From positions 76,563 through 140,562 of the forward strand of contig PBDG01000009.1 in the NCBI GenBank assembly GCA_002717225.1: a stretch of DNA of 64,000 nucleotides, written 5' to 3'. Each line of letters starts with the position of its first letter. The stretch's first letter is position 1. Shown here one piece after another: positions 37,469 to 46,980 of the stretch. The position numbers and the translations under genes were made by a program. This DNA comes from Rhodospirillaceae bacterium (GTDB lineage Bacteria; Pseudomonadota; Alphaproteobacteria; UBA828). Under the pieces are notes generated by a model. That model had not been told where the DNA came from. It did no database searches and was given only the letters and a program-made list of their open reading frames with translations.

Positions 37469-40400
37469 CTACCGGTTTGCTGATTCTACCTTCGAGTTAA
37501 CATCGACGGCCAGTTGTCGTGCGACAAGCGTGGCATAAAGACCGCCTCTGGCGAGAAGACTGGCATGATCGCCTGCTTCTCGCACCTTACCATCCTCCAT
37601 AACGACGATCTGATCTGCATCACGCACAGTCGACAACCGGTGGGCTATAACAACGGTAGTGCGATCGACCATAAGCTCATCAAGAGCATGGCGCACAGCT
37701 TGCTCATTTAGCGCATCAAGATGCGAGGTAGCTTCGTCAAGAATAAGTATCGGTGCGTCCTTAAGGAAGGCACGAGCAATAGCGATTCGCTGGCGCTGAC
37801 CACCAGAAAGCCGCGTGCCGCGTTCGCCGACCTCCGTATCGAGGCCGTCAGGGAGGGCAGCTGTGAAATCCTCCAGCGCCGCACGGCGGATGGCGGCATC
37901 CACCTCGGTAGGACTCGCCTCCGGCCGAGCGATCAGTATATTGCCCCGGATGGTGTCGTTGAAGAGATAAGTGTCCTGAGCTACGAGGGCGATACGCCCG
38001 CGTAAATCATCGAGCCGCCACTCCTTGAGGTCCCGGCCATTCAGATTGACTACGCCTTCATCAGGATCCCAAAAACGCATCAAAAGATGAGCTAGCGTCG
38101 TCTTGCCCGCACCGGACGGCCCAACCAGAGCGAGTGTGCTTCCCGCCGACAAACTAAGGCTAACATTGTGGAGTGCTGGATCTCTAATGCCAGGATAGGT
38201 GAAGCTAACATTGTTGAGATCCAGTGCCGCACTGCCACTATGCGCCTCGGGCGCTATCGCCCTACCGTCGGTTACCGTCACTCGCTCGCTATGTACACCA
38301 TGCAATCGCCTTGTGCCGCCGAGGGTATCAGCAAGCTGACGGCCGATATTGGCAATTTCCGATACTGGGAGGAAAGCAGCCATGGCCAAGAGTGTGAGAA
38401 GCGGTAGCATGGTACGATCCAAATCGCCCGAATTCACCAAGGACGCGCCAGTGATGACCACGGCAAGGCCACCGAGGCCCGTGACTGTCTCTACTAGCGC
38501 GGTTTGGACTGTGAGATCGCTGAAAAATGGCAGCCGAAGCGAATGGTGGCGGCGCACCAAGTCAATCAATTGTTTGCCGCGTCGTGCCTCCTGTCGAAAA
38601 GCCATAATTTCCGCCAGGCCCTGCAGAGTATCGACCATATGGGCGTTTAGTGCTCCCTGCGCCTCACTCGCACCTGAGGCAAGCCGATCAACCCGCTTGC
38701 GCATGAGAAACGGCGAAAGTGCGATCAATGCAAGGAAAGGGACCAACGCAATGGCCATTGGCCAACCGAAAAAGAGGACCACGGCAACCACCGCGGCTGG
38801 AACTAACACCGCGACAAATGCAGGAGCTACGGTATGAGCAAAAAAGAATTCGACATTCTCGATATCTTGGGTCGCCATAGCCACCAAATCACCGCTTCGT
38901 CGGCGCAAGAGATAAGCCGGCGCTAAAGCGTCAAGCTTGGCGAATAACGCGATGCGCATTTGTGTCAACAAGCGGAACGCCATGTCATGCGCGACCCAAG
39001 ATTCAAGCCAATGGAGGATGCCAGCAAAAGGTGCAAGGGCGTATAACGCGATCAGGAGATCACCAAACTGCTCACCATTGCGTACCGCTGCCACGACGAA
39101 AGCGCTTAACACACCCACACCGATCAGAGCTACCACACGGGCAACACCGAGAAGGAAAGCGAGGCCGACGCGCTTGCGCACCGGATGGACGAGGTGCAAA
39201 AGCAATCCGGCAGCACGCCACCAACCCATCTCACCAGCGCGTAATATCTCATCGGACGGCTGTAGCCGGTCTAACTGCATATCCTCGAGTGGCGACGCAG
39301 TTGCGTCTGGTGCAACATTCACTGTGGTTACATTTTTGATCTTATTTACACCGGAGACCGCCTCCTCCACCTGGCCTGACATCAATCGAGCATAGACACC
39401 ACTCTTTTTCATAAGCGATTGGTGGCTACCCTCTTCAACCAGTGCACCCTCATAGAGCACCAGGATACGGTCTGCATCAATCACGCTGGATAAGCGATGA
39501 GCAAGAATCAAAACGGTCCGACCATGCATCAACCGGTCGAGGGCCTGTTGAATGACCGCTTCGTTTTCCGCATCCACGGCCGAAAGAGCTTCATCGAGCA
39601 CCAGAAAGGGCGCATCACGCAAAAGCGCCCGAGCGATAGCGATTCGCTGACGTTGGCCTCCCGAAAGCCTAACGCCGCGTTCACCAATCACCGTCTTATA
39701 GCCTTGAGGCAAGCGCAAGATGAAATCATGCGCATTGGCGGCACGCGTTGCTGCTTCGATTTCCTCATCGGTTGCGTCTGGCTTACCAAAGCGAATGTTT
39801 TCTTCTGCAGTACCGTGAAACAGGTAGGTGTCTTGGTGCACCACGGCAAAATGCTCACGGATTTGGGCAAAACTGAGGTCACGAAGATCCTTACCACCAA
39901 GGAAAACGCGCCCGTTCTCGGGCTCGTAGAGTCTGAGTGCAAGGCGAACGATAGAGGATTTTCCACATCCACTCGGGCCAACTATACCGATGCGTTCGCC
40001 AGCCTTAATCTCGAAGCTAAGGTCCCGGTGCGCAGGCTTCCGACCGCCAGGATACGAAAAGCATACGCCCTCAAAGCGAAGCGAAGCCTCCAGTCCTCCC
40101 TTTGGCAGCAGAGCGTTTGGTGTGTCACACACCAGGGGTTTCTCGCCGAGAAGCGCGAACAGGCCTTCAGCAGCCGACTGACCGAGCATACCTTGATGCA
40201 ACAGGATTCGGAGATCACGCATTGGGCGGAACAGTTCGATCCCCATCATGAGAACAATTAGCAGCACGCCAATGTCTATTTCTCCGTCCACCACCCTCCA
40301 GGCGCCAATGCTTAGCGCCAGTGCCGCACCTATAGCGATACCACCATCAGTAATACCGCGCGACAGCGAATTGGTTGCCAGTACCCACATGGTGCGCCGG

Positions 40401-41086
40401 AAAAGGTCATGCGCTTTAGCGGTGAGTTCAGCTGCACGTGCGCTGCTTTGGCCAAAAGACTTAAGCGTGCCAAGACCCTGCACCGAATCAAGAAATTCTG
40501 CACCATAGACGGAATATGAGCGTTGCCGTGCCTGGGCGGCAGCACGGTCAAAACGGTGGAAAGCAGCGGGCGCAATTAGCGTGAAAACGGCGAAACCGAA
40601 CATTGCGCCAGCGAGCGATAGATCTAAAAATGCCATAAAAATAAAGATGCCAATGGGTGTCAGAGCGGCGACGCAAAGCTGCGGTAGATACTGGCCAAAA
40701 TAAGTCTCGAGTTGTTCAACCCCGTCAATCAAGGTAAGGAGAGTAGACCCGGTACGCTTACGCCCAAAAAAGGCTGGGCCAAGGGCAATGACGTGCTCAT
40801 AAAGCCTGCGACGGAGCTCAACCTGCACCGTCGCAGCGGTGCGATGAGCCATCATGTTACGGGCATATTCCAACAATCCGCGTAACACCATCACGGCAGC
40901 TGTGAGCGCGAAAGGTAGGATCAGTTCGCCGATTGGCTGACCGACAAAGACCTTGCTGAGTAGCCAACCCAACAGCGCCAATCGAGCCACTCCTGAAGCC
41001 GCTGCCAGCAGGCCAAGAGCGACGGATGCAGCGATGCGTAGGCGCACGCCCTTAGTGAAGGTCCAGAGCCGGTGGTCGAGATACAT
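37469..41086 (-). CDS. Fused double ABC exporter (TMD-NBD-TMD-NBD, 1205 aa), CydD-CydC-like
   Basis: Two complete half-transporters in one ORF: two 6-TM regions, two Walker A motifs (GPSGCGKSS, GPSGAGKTT), and two signatures LSGGQRQRIAIARA. The N-terminal half resembles CydD and the C-terminal half CydC. Confidence 0.8.
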   Translation of the reverse strand: MYLDHRLWTFTKGVRLRIAASVALGLLAAASGVARLALLGWLLSKVFVGQPIGELILPFALTAAVMVLRGLLEYARNMMAHRTAATVQVELRRRLYEHVIALGPAFFGRKRTGSTLLTLIDGVEQLETYFGQYLPQLCVAALTPIGIFIFMAFLDLSLAGAMFGFAVFTLIAPAAFHRFDRAAAQARQRSYSVYGAEFLDSVQGLGTLKSFGQSSARAAELTAKAHDLFRRTMWVLATNSLSRGITDGGIAIGAALALSIGAWRVVDGEIDIGVLLIVLMMGIELFRPMRDLRILLHQGMLGQSAAEGLFALLGEKPLVCDTPNALLPKGGLEASLRFEGVCFSYPGGRKPAHRDLSFEIKAGERIGIVGPSGCGKSSIVRLALRLYEPENGRVFLGGKDLRDLSFAQIREHFAVVHQDTYLFHGTAEENIRFGKPDATDEEIEAATRAANAHDFILRLPQGYKTVIGERGVRLSGGQRQRIAIARALLRDAPFLVLDEALSAVDAENEAVIQQALDRLMHGRTVLILAHRLSSVIDADRILVLYEGALVEEGSHQSLMKKSGVYARLMSGQVEEAVSGVNKIKNVTTVNVAPDATASPLEDMQLDRLQPSDEILRAGEMGWWRAAGLLLHLVHPVRKRVGLAFLLGVARVVALIGVGVLSAFVVAAVRNGEQFGDLLIALYALAPFAGILHWLESWVAHDMAFRLLTQMRIALFAKLDALAPAYLLRRRSGDLVAMATQDIENVEFFFAHTVAPAFVAVLVPAAVVAVVLFFGWPMAIALVPFLALIALSPFLMRKRVDRLASGASEAQGALNAHMVDTLQGLAEIMAFRQEARRGKQLIDLVRRHHSLRLPFFSDLTVQTALVETVTGLGGLAVVITGASLVNSGDLDRTMLPLLTLLAMAAFLPVSEIANIGRQLADTLGGTRRLHGVHSERVTVTDGRAIAPEAHSGSAALDLNNVSFTYPGIRDPALHNVSLSLSAGSTLALVGPSGAGKTTLAHLLMRFWDPDEGVVNLNGRDLKEWRLDDLRGRIALVAQDTYLFNDTIRGNILIARPEASPTEVDAAIRRAALEDFTAALPDGLDTEVGERGTRLSGGQRQRIAIARAFLKDAPILILDEATSHLDALNEQAVRHALDELMVDRTTVVIAHRLSTVRDADQIVVMEDGKVREAGDHASLLARGGLYATLVARQLAVDVNSKVESANR

Positions 41087-41136
41087 ATTTTTATCTATTT
41101 CTAGCTATAAGGTGCCGCACAGCCGGCCCGGATAGC

Positions 41137-41700
41137 TCAGAGCTTACGATTGAGAGGAATGTGCGGTGCCGCATCGCGCCGCAGAATGCCAATCTCGCGC
41201 GGATCTTCTGCTTCGAGCACTTCGCTCCGCGTCTTGACAAAGCCGTGGTGATGATAGAAACCAAGCGCCCCAGGGTGATCGAGATCGCAGGTATCCAGTG
41301 TGATGCGTTTCAGCCCAGGGCGCCAAGCGGCAAAGATCAACGCTCGCATCATATAACCGCCGAGACCACAGCCGATAAAGTCGGGCATCAAGCCAAAATA
41401 GCGAATGGCCCGAGCATCTTCGGCACTCTTATAGTGTTCTACAAAACCGGCAAATTTGCCAGCCACTCGAAGAAAGTGAAACTCCGTGCCAGCATCCTCG
41501 ATCGACTGCCGTAGCTCATCGTCGTCGAGCACGACACGCTCCCACCACAGCCAGTCCTCGCCCACCTGCAGCACCTTCTTTCGGTAAGTTGAGACGGAGA
41601 TTCCGGTTTCCTGAGTAAAGCTCGTTTTCGCGGGTGCAGAAAGTGCTCTATTATCAGGCGGTTCAGTTCGCTCCATATATGTAACGCGCCAGCTCAACAT
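41137..41700 (-). CDS. GNAT-family N-acetyltransferase
   Basis: Acetyl-CoA-binding core ...IGCGLGGYMMRALIF... and ...GALGFYHHHGFV.... The start may instead be the internal ATG at 41673. Confidence 0.7.
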   Translation of the reverse strand: MLSWRVTYMERTEPPDNRALSAPAKTSFTQETGISVSTYRKKVLQVGEDWLWWERVVLDDDELRQSIEDAGTEFHFLRVAGKFAGFVEHYKSAEDARAIRYFGLMPDFIGCGLGGYMMRALIFAAWRPGLKRITLDTCDLDHPGALGFYHHHGFVKTRSEVLEAEDPREIGILRRDAAPHIPLNRKL

Positions 41701-41722
41701 AAATTCTATCCTTCCGACCGCG

Positions 41723-42490
41723 CTAAATTCCCAGAGAAAAACCCTCGTCTAGCACGACAAGTGCGCCATGCATGGCGCGACTGTCGTCGCTGGCGAGATA
41801 AAGCGCGGCGCGCGCCATGTCGATGGCATCAGAATATGTCCGGCCGCTTGGCGTGGACGCAGCCATCGCGTCATACATCGGCCGTAATTCAGGATCGGTG
41901 CGAATATCTTCGTTCATCGGTGTCGCTGTGTTACCGGGTAGAATCGCATTTACCCTTATCCCTTTCGGCGCGAGCTCCTGAGCGAAGGCGCGCGTCATAA
42001 AGTTTACTCCGGCTTTAGCGCTGCAATAGGCAGAGTATCCACCGAGTGCCATGACTCCGGCCACAGAAGACAGGTTTATGATGCGGCCACCGCCTTGTGC
42101 AATCATGATGGGCGCCACTTCCTGAACGCAAAAAAACAAGCCTTTCATGTTAATGTCCATCAGGCGATCGTAATCGACTTCCGATGTTTCACCTACTGGC
42201 GTCGGATAGAATACCCCGGCTGAATTGACGAGAATGTTGATGCTGCCAAAATCCGACTTTACCGCCGCCACAACTTTGGAAACCTCTGACACCTTGCTGA
42301 GATCGCCGACATATGGCTTAGCATGACCGCCCGCCGCTTTAATGCGTGCGACCACTGACTCCGCCTTGGACATATCCGAACTTCCCACTACCGCCACTTG
42401 AGCGCCTTCCTCTGCAAACAAGCCGGCACAGGCCTCACCGATGCCAGAGGTGCCACCGGTAATTAGTGCTACATTTCCATCCAACTTCAT
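41723..42490 (-). CDS. SDR-family short-chain dehydrogenase/reductase
   Basis: TGGTSGIG cofactor motif, NSAG, and the Y-x3-K catalytic pair (YCSAK). Confidence 0.85.
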   Translation of the reverse strand: MKLDGNVALITGGTSGIGEACAGLFAEEGAQVAVVGSSDMSKAESVVARIKAAGGHAKPYVGDLSKVSEVSKVVAAVKSDFGSINILVNSAGVFYPTPVGETSEVDYDRLMDINMKGLFFCVQEVAPIMIAQGGGRIINLSSVAGVMALGGYSAYCSAKAGVNFMTRAFAQELAPKGIRVNAILPGNTATPMNEDIRTDPELRPMYDAMAASTPSGRTYSDAIDMARAALYLASDDSRAMHGALVVLDEGFSLGI

Positions 42491-42527
42491 TTAGCTCTCC
42501 CGAAACTCAGTTTAAATAAACTTACCA

Positions 42528-43340
42528 TTAATCGCCTTTCACTGTCGCAATCACCTTGTCTGCAAAAGTTAATAGGTCGTCACCTTCAATGATTCCAGCT
42601 GCGTGGGCACGGGCGTTGGTATGCGAGATAACGCCCGTTTTCCAGGTAGAGCGCGAATCGCCGATGCGAGCACTCATTGCTGCCACTGTAGCAGCGATCA
42701 CCTCTTCACGGTCGAGTGCCGACAGGCGTGAGAATCCGCTATTATCCGCTGAGCCGCCAGCATCGTTAAAAATGACGGCGAGAGGTGGCCCTGGAATAGG
42801 TTCGTTTTTCAGGCTACCAAAACGCGCACCATGAGAGGCTGTGATCATCACCCTACCCTTGTCATCAGGCACGACGAGGGCGGTAGAATCGACGCCCCAC
42901 ACTTCGGGCTCTCCTTCACGTTTTCGGATGCGAAAGCGAGATTCACCGAATTCAGGCGCTGCGCCCTCCCATTGAAGGGCCTTGGCCATGCGTCTAGCTG
43001 CCTCGCGGCAAGTCATGCCGACGGCGCAACCAAGAGCCCCGGCGGCCTGGTTAACATGACTGAGAATGCCGCGCGCTAACTGATCCTCACCATCGGCGAT
43101 ACGCGCACTCATATGCTCCAGTGTTACCGCCGGCATGTTGATAGCGTCCAAGAAAGCGAGCCCACTGATACCGGCCGAGTCCTTGCCTATACCGGCGTTG
43201 TGCAGAACGACCGCACGTACGCCAGCCTTAGCCGCCAGATAGGCTGCATAAACTCCGCCGTGGGAACCGCCGATCACCACCTTGCCACGATGTTGGGGGC
43301 CGAGCACAGTCACGGTATCAACGCAAATCATCTCCGTCAT
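42528..43340 (-). CDS. Hypothetical protein with internal duplication (two GSHGG/ASHGA-containing half-domains)
   Basis: 270 aa. The N-half has VVIGGSHGGVYAAYLAAKAGVRAVVLHNAGIGKDSAG and the C-half VMITASHGARFGSLKN...AVIFNDAGGSADNSG. I could not place it in a family from memory. Confidence 0.45.
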   Translation of the reverse strand: MTEMICVDTVTVLGPQHRGKVVIGGSHGGVYAAYLAAKAGVRAVVLHNAGIGKDSAGISGLAFLDAINMPAVTLEHMSARIADGEDQLARGILSHVNQAAGALGCAVGMTCREAARRMAKALQWEGAAPEFGESRFRIRKREGEPEVWGVDSTALVVPDDKGRVMITASHGARFGSLKNEPIPGPPLAVIFNDAGGSADNSGFSRLSALDREEVIAATVAAMSARIGDSRSTWKTGVISHTNARAHAAGIIEGDDLLTFADKVIATVKGD

Positions 43341-43545
43341 GACGCCGATACCATATCTAGGATTAACCGAACTTGCTCACCACCACTTTGACCGGGAGTT
43401 CCAACACCAAAGGCCCTGTCACCTCCATCTTGAACCTCACGATTCAACTTTCCCTGTTGCACCCTAACTCTAGAGAAAGCGCATTATACGGTTTGAGACA
43501 GTCGACAAAAATTTGTGGCGGGCCACTGCGCGACGACACGCGCCT

Positions 43546-44250
43546 CTAGCCACCCATGCCGACGAACTCCCGTACCAAATCAGGGTCAGAAAGTTGATCG
43601 GGAGAGACTTCGTTAACCAGTTGACCGCGCTGGATTATGTGAACGCGCTGGCTAAGCGAGGCTATGAAATCAAGATTCTGCTCTACTAAAACGATGGTCA
43701 GATTCCGGCTCGTTCGGAGGCTGTGCAGTATTTCGATGATTTCTTCAACAATGGAGGGTTGAATACCTTCGGTTGGCTCATCGAGGAGCAGCAGACTGGG
43801 ACCACCGCAAAGACAGCGCGCGAGTGCAAGGATCTGCTGCTCACCGCCTGAGAGGACGCGGCCTGCACGATCCAGGAGCGGTTTTAGACGCGGGAACGTC
43901 TCCAGCACCTCTTCCAGAACTTTCTCTTCGTCTACCTTGTGCATCGCCATGGCGATCTTGAGATTGTCGACAACCGAAAGATTGGGAAAAATATCGCGCC
44001 CCTGCGGCACATAGCCCACACCGCTCAAGTTGCGTTTATAGGCAGGCATGCGAGTAATGTTTTGGCCATTCAATTCGATGGTACCATCGGTGGGGCGTAA
44101 AAGACCTATTAACGCCTTCAAAAGTGTCGTCTTGCCCATGCCATTATGACCAAGAATGCCGACGAACTCGCCCTCGGCAACATTGAGGTCAATGCCATGC
44201 AGGATTGGAATACGCCCGTAAGCGGTTTTTAGCCCGGAAACTGCGAGCAT
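43546..44250 (-). CDS. HAAT-family (branched-chain amino acid/amide-type) ABC transporter ATP-binding protein, LivF-like
   Basis: Walker A GHNGMGKTT, signature LSGGEQQILALARCL, and a size of 234 aa. Confidence 0.85.
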   Translation of the reverse strand: MLAVSGLKTAYGRIPILHGIDLNVAEGEFVGILGHNGMGKTTLLKALIGLLRPTDGTIELNGQNITRMPAYKRNLSGVGYVPQGRDIFPNLSVVDNLKIAMAMHKVDEEKVLEEVLETFPRLKPLLDRAGRVLSGGEQQILALARCLCGGPSLLLLDEPTEGIQPSIVEEIIEILHSLRTSRNLTIVLVEQNLDFIASLSQRVHIIQRGQLVNEVSPDQLSDPDLVREFVGMGG

Positions 44251-44252
44251 AG

Positions 44253-45017
44253 TCAGGCGACCTCCCGCTTGCCCAGGTAAACGTCGCGCACATCCTGGTT
44301 CTTGAGCACGTTGTCCATCGTATCCTCTACCAGGATGGCGCCCTGGTTGAACACGGTGACCCTGTTGGCAATCGCCTTGATGAATTGCATGTCATGCTCG
44401 ACGACAATGAGTGAAGCGGTGCGGTTGATCTCACGAATCATCTCAGTTGTCCGGTGAACTTCTTCGTGGGTCATGCCGGCTGTCGGTTCGTCCAACAAAA
44501 TTAACTCCGGATCGCCGGTTAGCACGATGGCGAGTTCGACGCCTTGGCGCTCGCCATGAGCGAGTTGACCGACGAGGCGGTTAGCCACTCCGGTGAGGCC
44601 GATACGCTCGAGAATCTCATCGACCACCCGGTTGGATTCGCGATTGCTGTGATAGCGCCGCGCCGATAGCCAGATATTCTCTCGCACATCGAGGCCATCG
44701 AACACACTCGGCACCTGGGTCTTAATGCCGATACCTCGGCGCGCGATCTGATGGGTATGCGAGCCAGTAATATCATCGCCGCGGTAAATTACATGCCCTG
44801 ACGTCGGCTTGTATTGATGGGTAAGACAGCGAAAGAAGGTTGTCTTACCGGCTCCGTTGGGACCAATCAGGCACCGCAGTTCACCTTCAGCCATGCTGAA
44901 ATCAACATTGTCCACCGCTACCACGCCGCCAAACCGCATGGTAAGGCCGCGCGTCTCCAAAATGGGTCGCGCTGCATCAGTCACCCGCGCGCCCCTCCCG
45001 AGCGCCATTTCTGGCAC
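44253..45017 (-). CDS. HAAT-family ABC transporter ATP-binding protein, LivG-like
   Basis: Walker A GPNGAGKTT, signature LAHGERQGVELA, and the C-terminal LivG-type extension. The exact start is uncertain: 45017 overlaps the permease gene. Confidence 0.8.
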   Translation of the reverse strand: MPEMALGRGARVTDAARPILETRGLTMRFGGVVAVDNVDFSMAEGELRCLIGPNGAGKTTFFRCLTHQYKPTSGHVIYRGDDITGSHTHQIARRGIGIKTQVPSVFDGLDVRENIWLSARRYHSNRESNRVVDEILERIGLTGVANRLVGQLAHGERQGVELAIVLTGDPELILLDEPTAGMTHEEVHRTTEMIREINRTASLIVVEHDMQFIKAIANRVTVFNQGAILVEDTMDNVLKNQDVRDVYLGKREVA

Positions 45018-46068
45018 TATCGCCCCCCTCGTCTGTTGGTCGCGTCCAGGGTAAAAAACGTAGCGCTAGCATTTGCGCCGTGGGTTGAAGACCCTGTGGT
45101 ACGGCAAGCACGAAGAGGAGGATGATGCCGCCGAATACGAGGTAGGTGTTCAACCAGCCCGCGAAATTCTGCGTGCCCAACCAATTGTAGAGCATGAGGA
45201 GAGCAAGCGAGCCCAACATTGGTCCGATTAACGTACCAACGCCGCCGATCAGCACCCACATGATGATCTGCGCGGCAAGCGCAAGAGCAAATTTATCGGG
45301 ATTGACAAAATTGTTGAAGGTCACCAGCAAGAAGCCGGCCAGCCCAGCGATGCCGCCGCCGATGGTAAAGGTGATCATCTTGTAGAAGCGAACGTCGTAG
45401 CCAAGCAACTCGGCGCGTGTTTCATTTTCCTTGATAGCGACGATCACCCTGCCGAAATGGGTGCGCAACAGAAATCGCAGACCAAAATAGACCAGAATAA
45501 GTAGTGCCATAGCCACATAAAATTTGTCGTCAGGCCACAAGAGAGAGTCAGGAAAGCCAGGCCAGTTGGGGTCGGGTATCGAGGAAATGCCGTTGAAGCC
45601 CATTAGGCGTGCTTTGCCAATCACCCATTCTTCCCCCGAGGTCGAACGGATGAAGGCATATAGAATGAGCGTGACTGCAAGTGTGACCACGGCGAGATAA
45701 ACATCGTTCAATCGGCCATAGAACATGAAATAGCCAAGCAGCATGGCAAACGCCGCCGGTATAAAGATTGCGAGCAATATGGGAACGGTGCTTTCTCCCA
45801 TATTGATCACTCCAATTGCGTAGACATAGCCACCAAGACCGAAAAAGGCTGACTGGCCGAAACAGAGAATCCCGCCGAAGCCCCAGATAAAGGCAAGCGA
45901 GAGCGCCAACATGGCCATGGCGATGAAGAGAATCACCTTCAACAGTGTGAAGAGATCGAAAATTGTCGGCCCAAGAAACAGGAGCGCCAACATTATTGCA
46001 CCAGTGACCATCAAGCCGCGGGTGTTCCAGCTGTTGAAGTCAAACGTCTTCAGCATCGAATTGAACAT
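44977..46068 (-). CDS. HAAT-family ABC transporter permease, LivM-like
   Basis: 363-aa polytopic membrane protein in the liv-type operon. Confidence 0.8.
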   Translation of the reverse strand: MFNSMLKTFDFNSWNTRGLMVTGAIMLALLFLGPTIFDLFTLLKVILFIAMAMLALSLAFIWGFGGILCFGQSAFFGLGGYVYAIGVINMGESTVPILLAIFIPAAFAMLLGYFMFYGRLNDVYLAVVTLAVTLILYAFIRSTSGEEWVIGKARLMGFNGISSIPDPNWPGFPDSLLWPDDKFYVAMALLILVYFGLRFLLRTHFGRVIVAIKENETRAELLGYDVRFYKMITFTIGGGIAGLAGFLLVTFNNFVNPDKFALALAAQIIMWVLIGGVGTLIGPMLGSLALLMLYNWLGTQNFAGWLNTYLVFGGIILLFVLAVPQGLQPTAQMLALRFLPWTRPTDEGGDSARNGAREGRAGD

Positions 46069-46934
46069 CAGAGCGACCTGCGGAAAATTTTTCCAGTAAT
46101 GCCCTGCGGCAAGATGCGCAGCAACAATACCGCGACGATGAGGAGCGCGACACCGCCGATAATCGGTGTAGTCTCATAGGTAACGAGCTGGCGCACCGTA
46201 CCGAACACACCGGAAGCAACGATAGTACCAGTAATAGCTCCAGTGCCGGCAGTGATCACCGTGATAAATGCCTGGGCAACATAAGTGAAGCCAACGGTCG
46301 GGATAATCTGCGAGATCGGCGCCAAAAGACCACCGGCCAAACCAGTAAGCGCAGCGCCAATGCCAAAAGTCACCATGTAGACCTTGGGCGGGCTGATTCC
46401 GAGAGCCGCCGCCTGATCGGCATTCTGCATAGTGCCACGTGCAATCAGCCCGAGCTTGGTACGGGTGAAGGCGAGATAAATTCCCGCGAAAAGAATTACA
46501 GTCAGGCCGATCAGCACCAGCCGGTATACAGAAAGCTGATATTGGCCGATGCTAAAATTGCCCATCGGCGCCGAAACACCGGTGATGTAATTGCCAAAAA
46601 TGGAGGTAACTATACCGATCAAGAGAAGGCTCAAACCCCAGGTGGCAATCAGCGTGTCAACCAAGCGGCCGTAAAAGAAGCGGATCAAAAAGCGTTCCGC
46701 AAGAATGCCGATAACGCCAACAACAAGAGGCGACAGGATCAGCATAGAGACCCATATATTCACGCCAGCATTTGTGGCAACCACCGTGGTATAGCCACCA
46801 AGCATCATGAATTCGCCATGCGCGAAATTGATTACGCGCATCATGCCGAAAATGATCGCCAGCCCAGCGCATGTAAGCGCCAGGCTGGAAATCCCGTTCA
46901 GCACTTCGATTATGAGAAGTGCGGCCGTATCCAC
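46068..46934 (-). CDS. HAAT-family ABC transporter permease, LivH-like
   Basis: 288-aa polytopic membrane protein with the N-terminal motif LNGISSLALTCAGLAIIFG.... Confidence 0.8.
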   Translation of the reverse strand: MDTAALLIIEVLNGISSLALTCAGLAIIFGMMRVINFAHGEFMMLGGYTTVVATNAGVNIWVSMLILSPLVVGVIGILAERFLIRFFYGRLVDTLIATWGLSLLLIGIVTSIFGNYITGVSAPMGNFSIGQYQLSVYRLVLIGLTVILFAGIYLAFTRTKLGLIARGTMQNADQAAALGISPPKVYMVTFGIGAALTGLAGGLLAPISQIIPTVGFTYVAQAFITVITAGTGAITGTIVASGVFGTVRQLVTYETTPIIGGVALLIVAVLLLRILPQGITGKIFRRSL

Positions 46935-46980
46935 GGCTGAACCTTTAGGGCTTCCTGTTTGAGGTTATGCTGTTCCGCTT

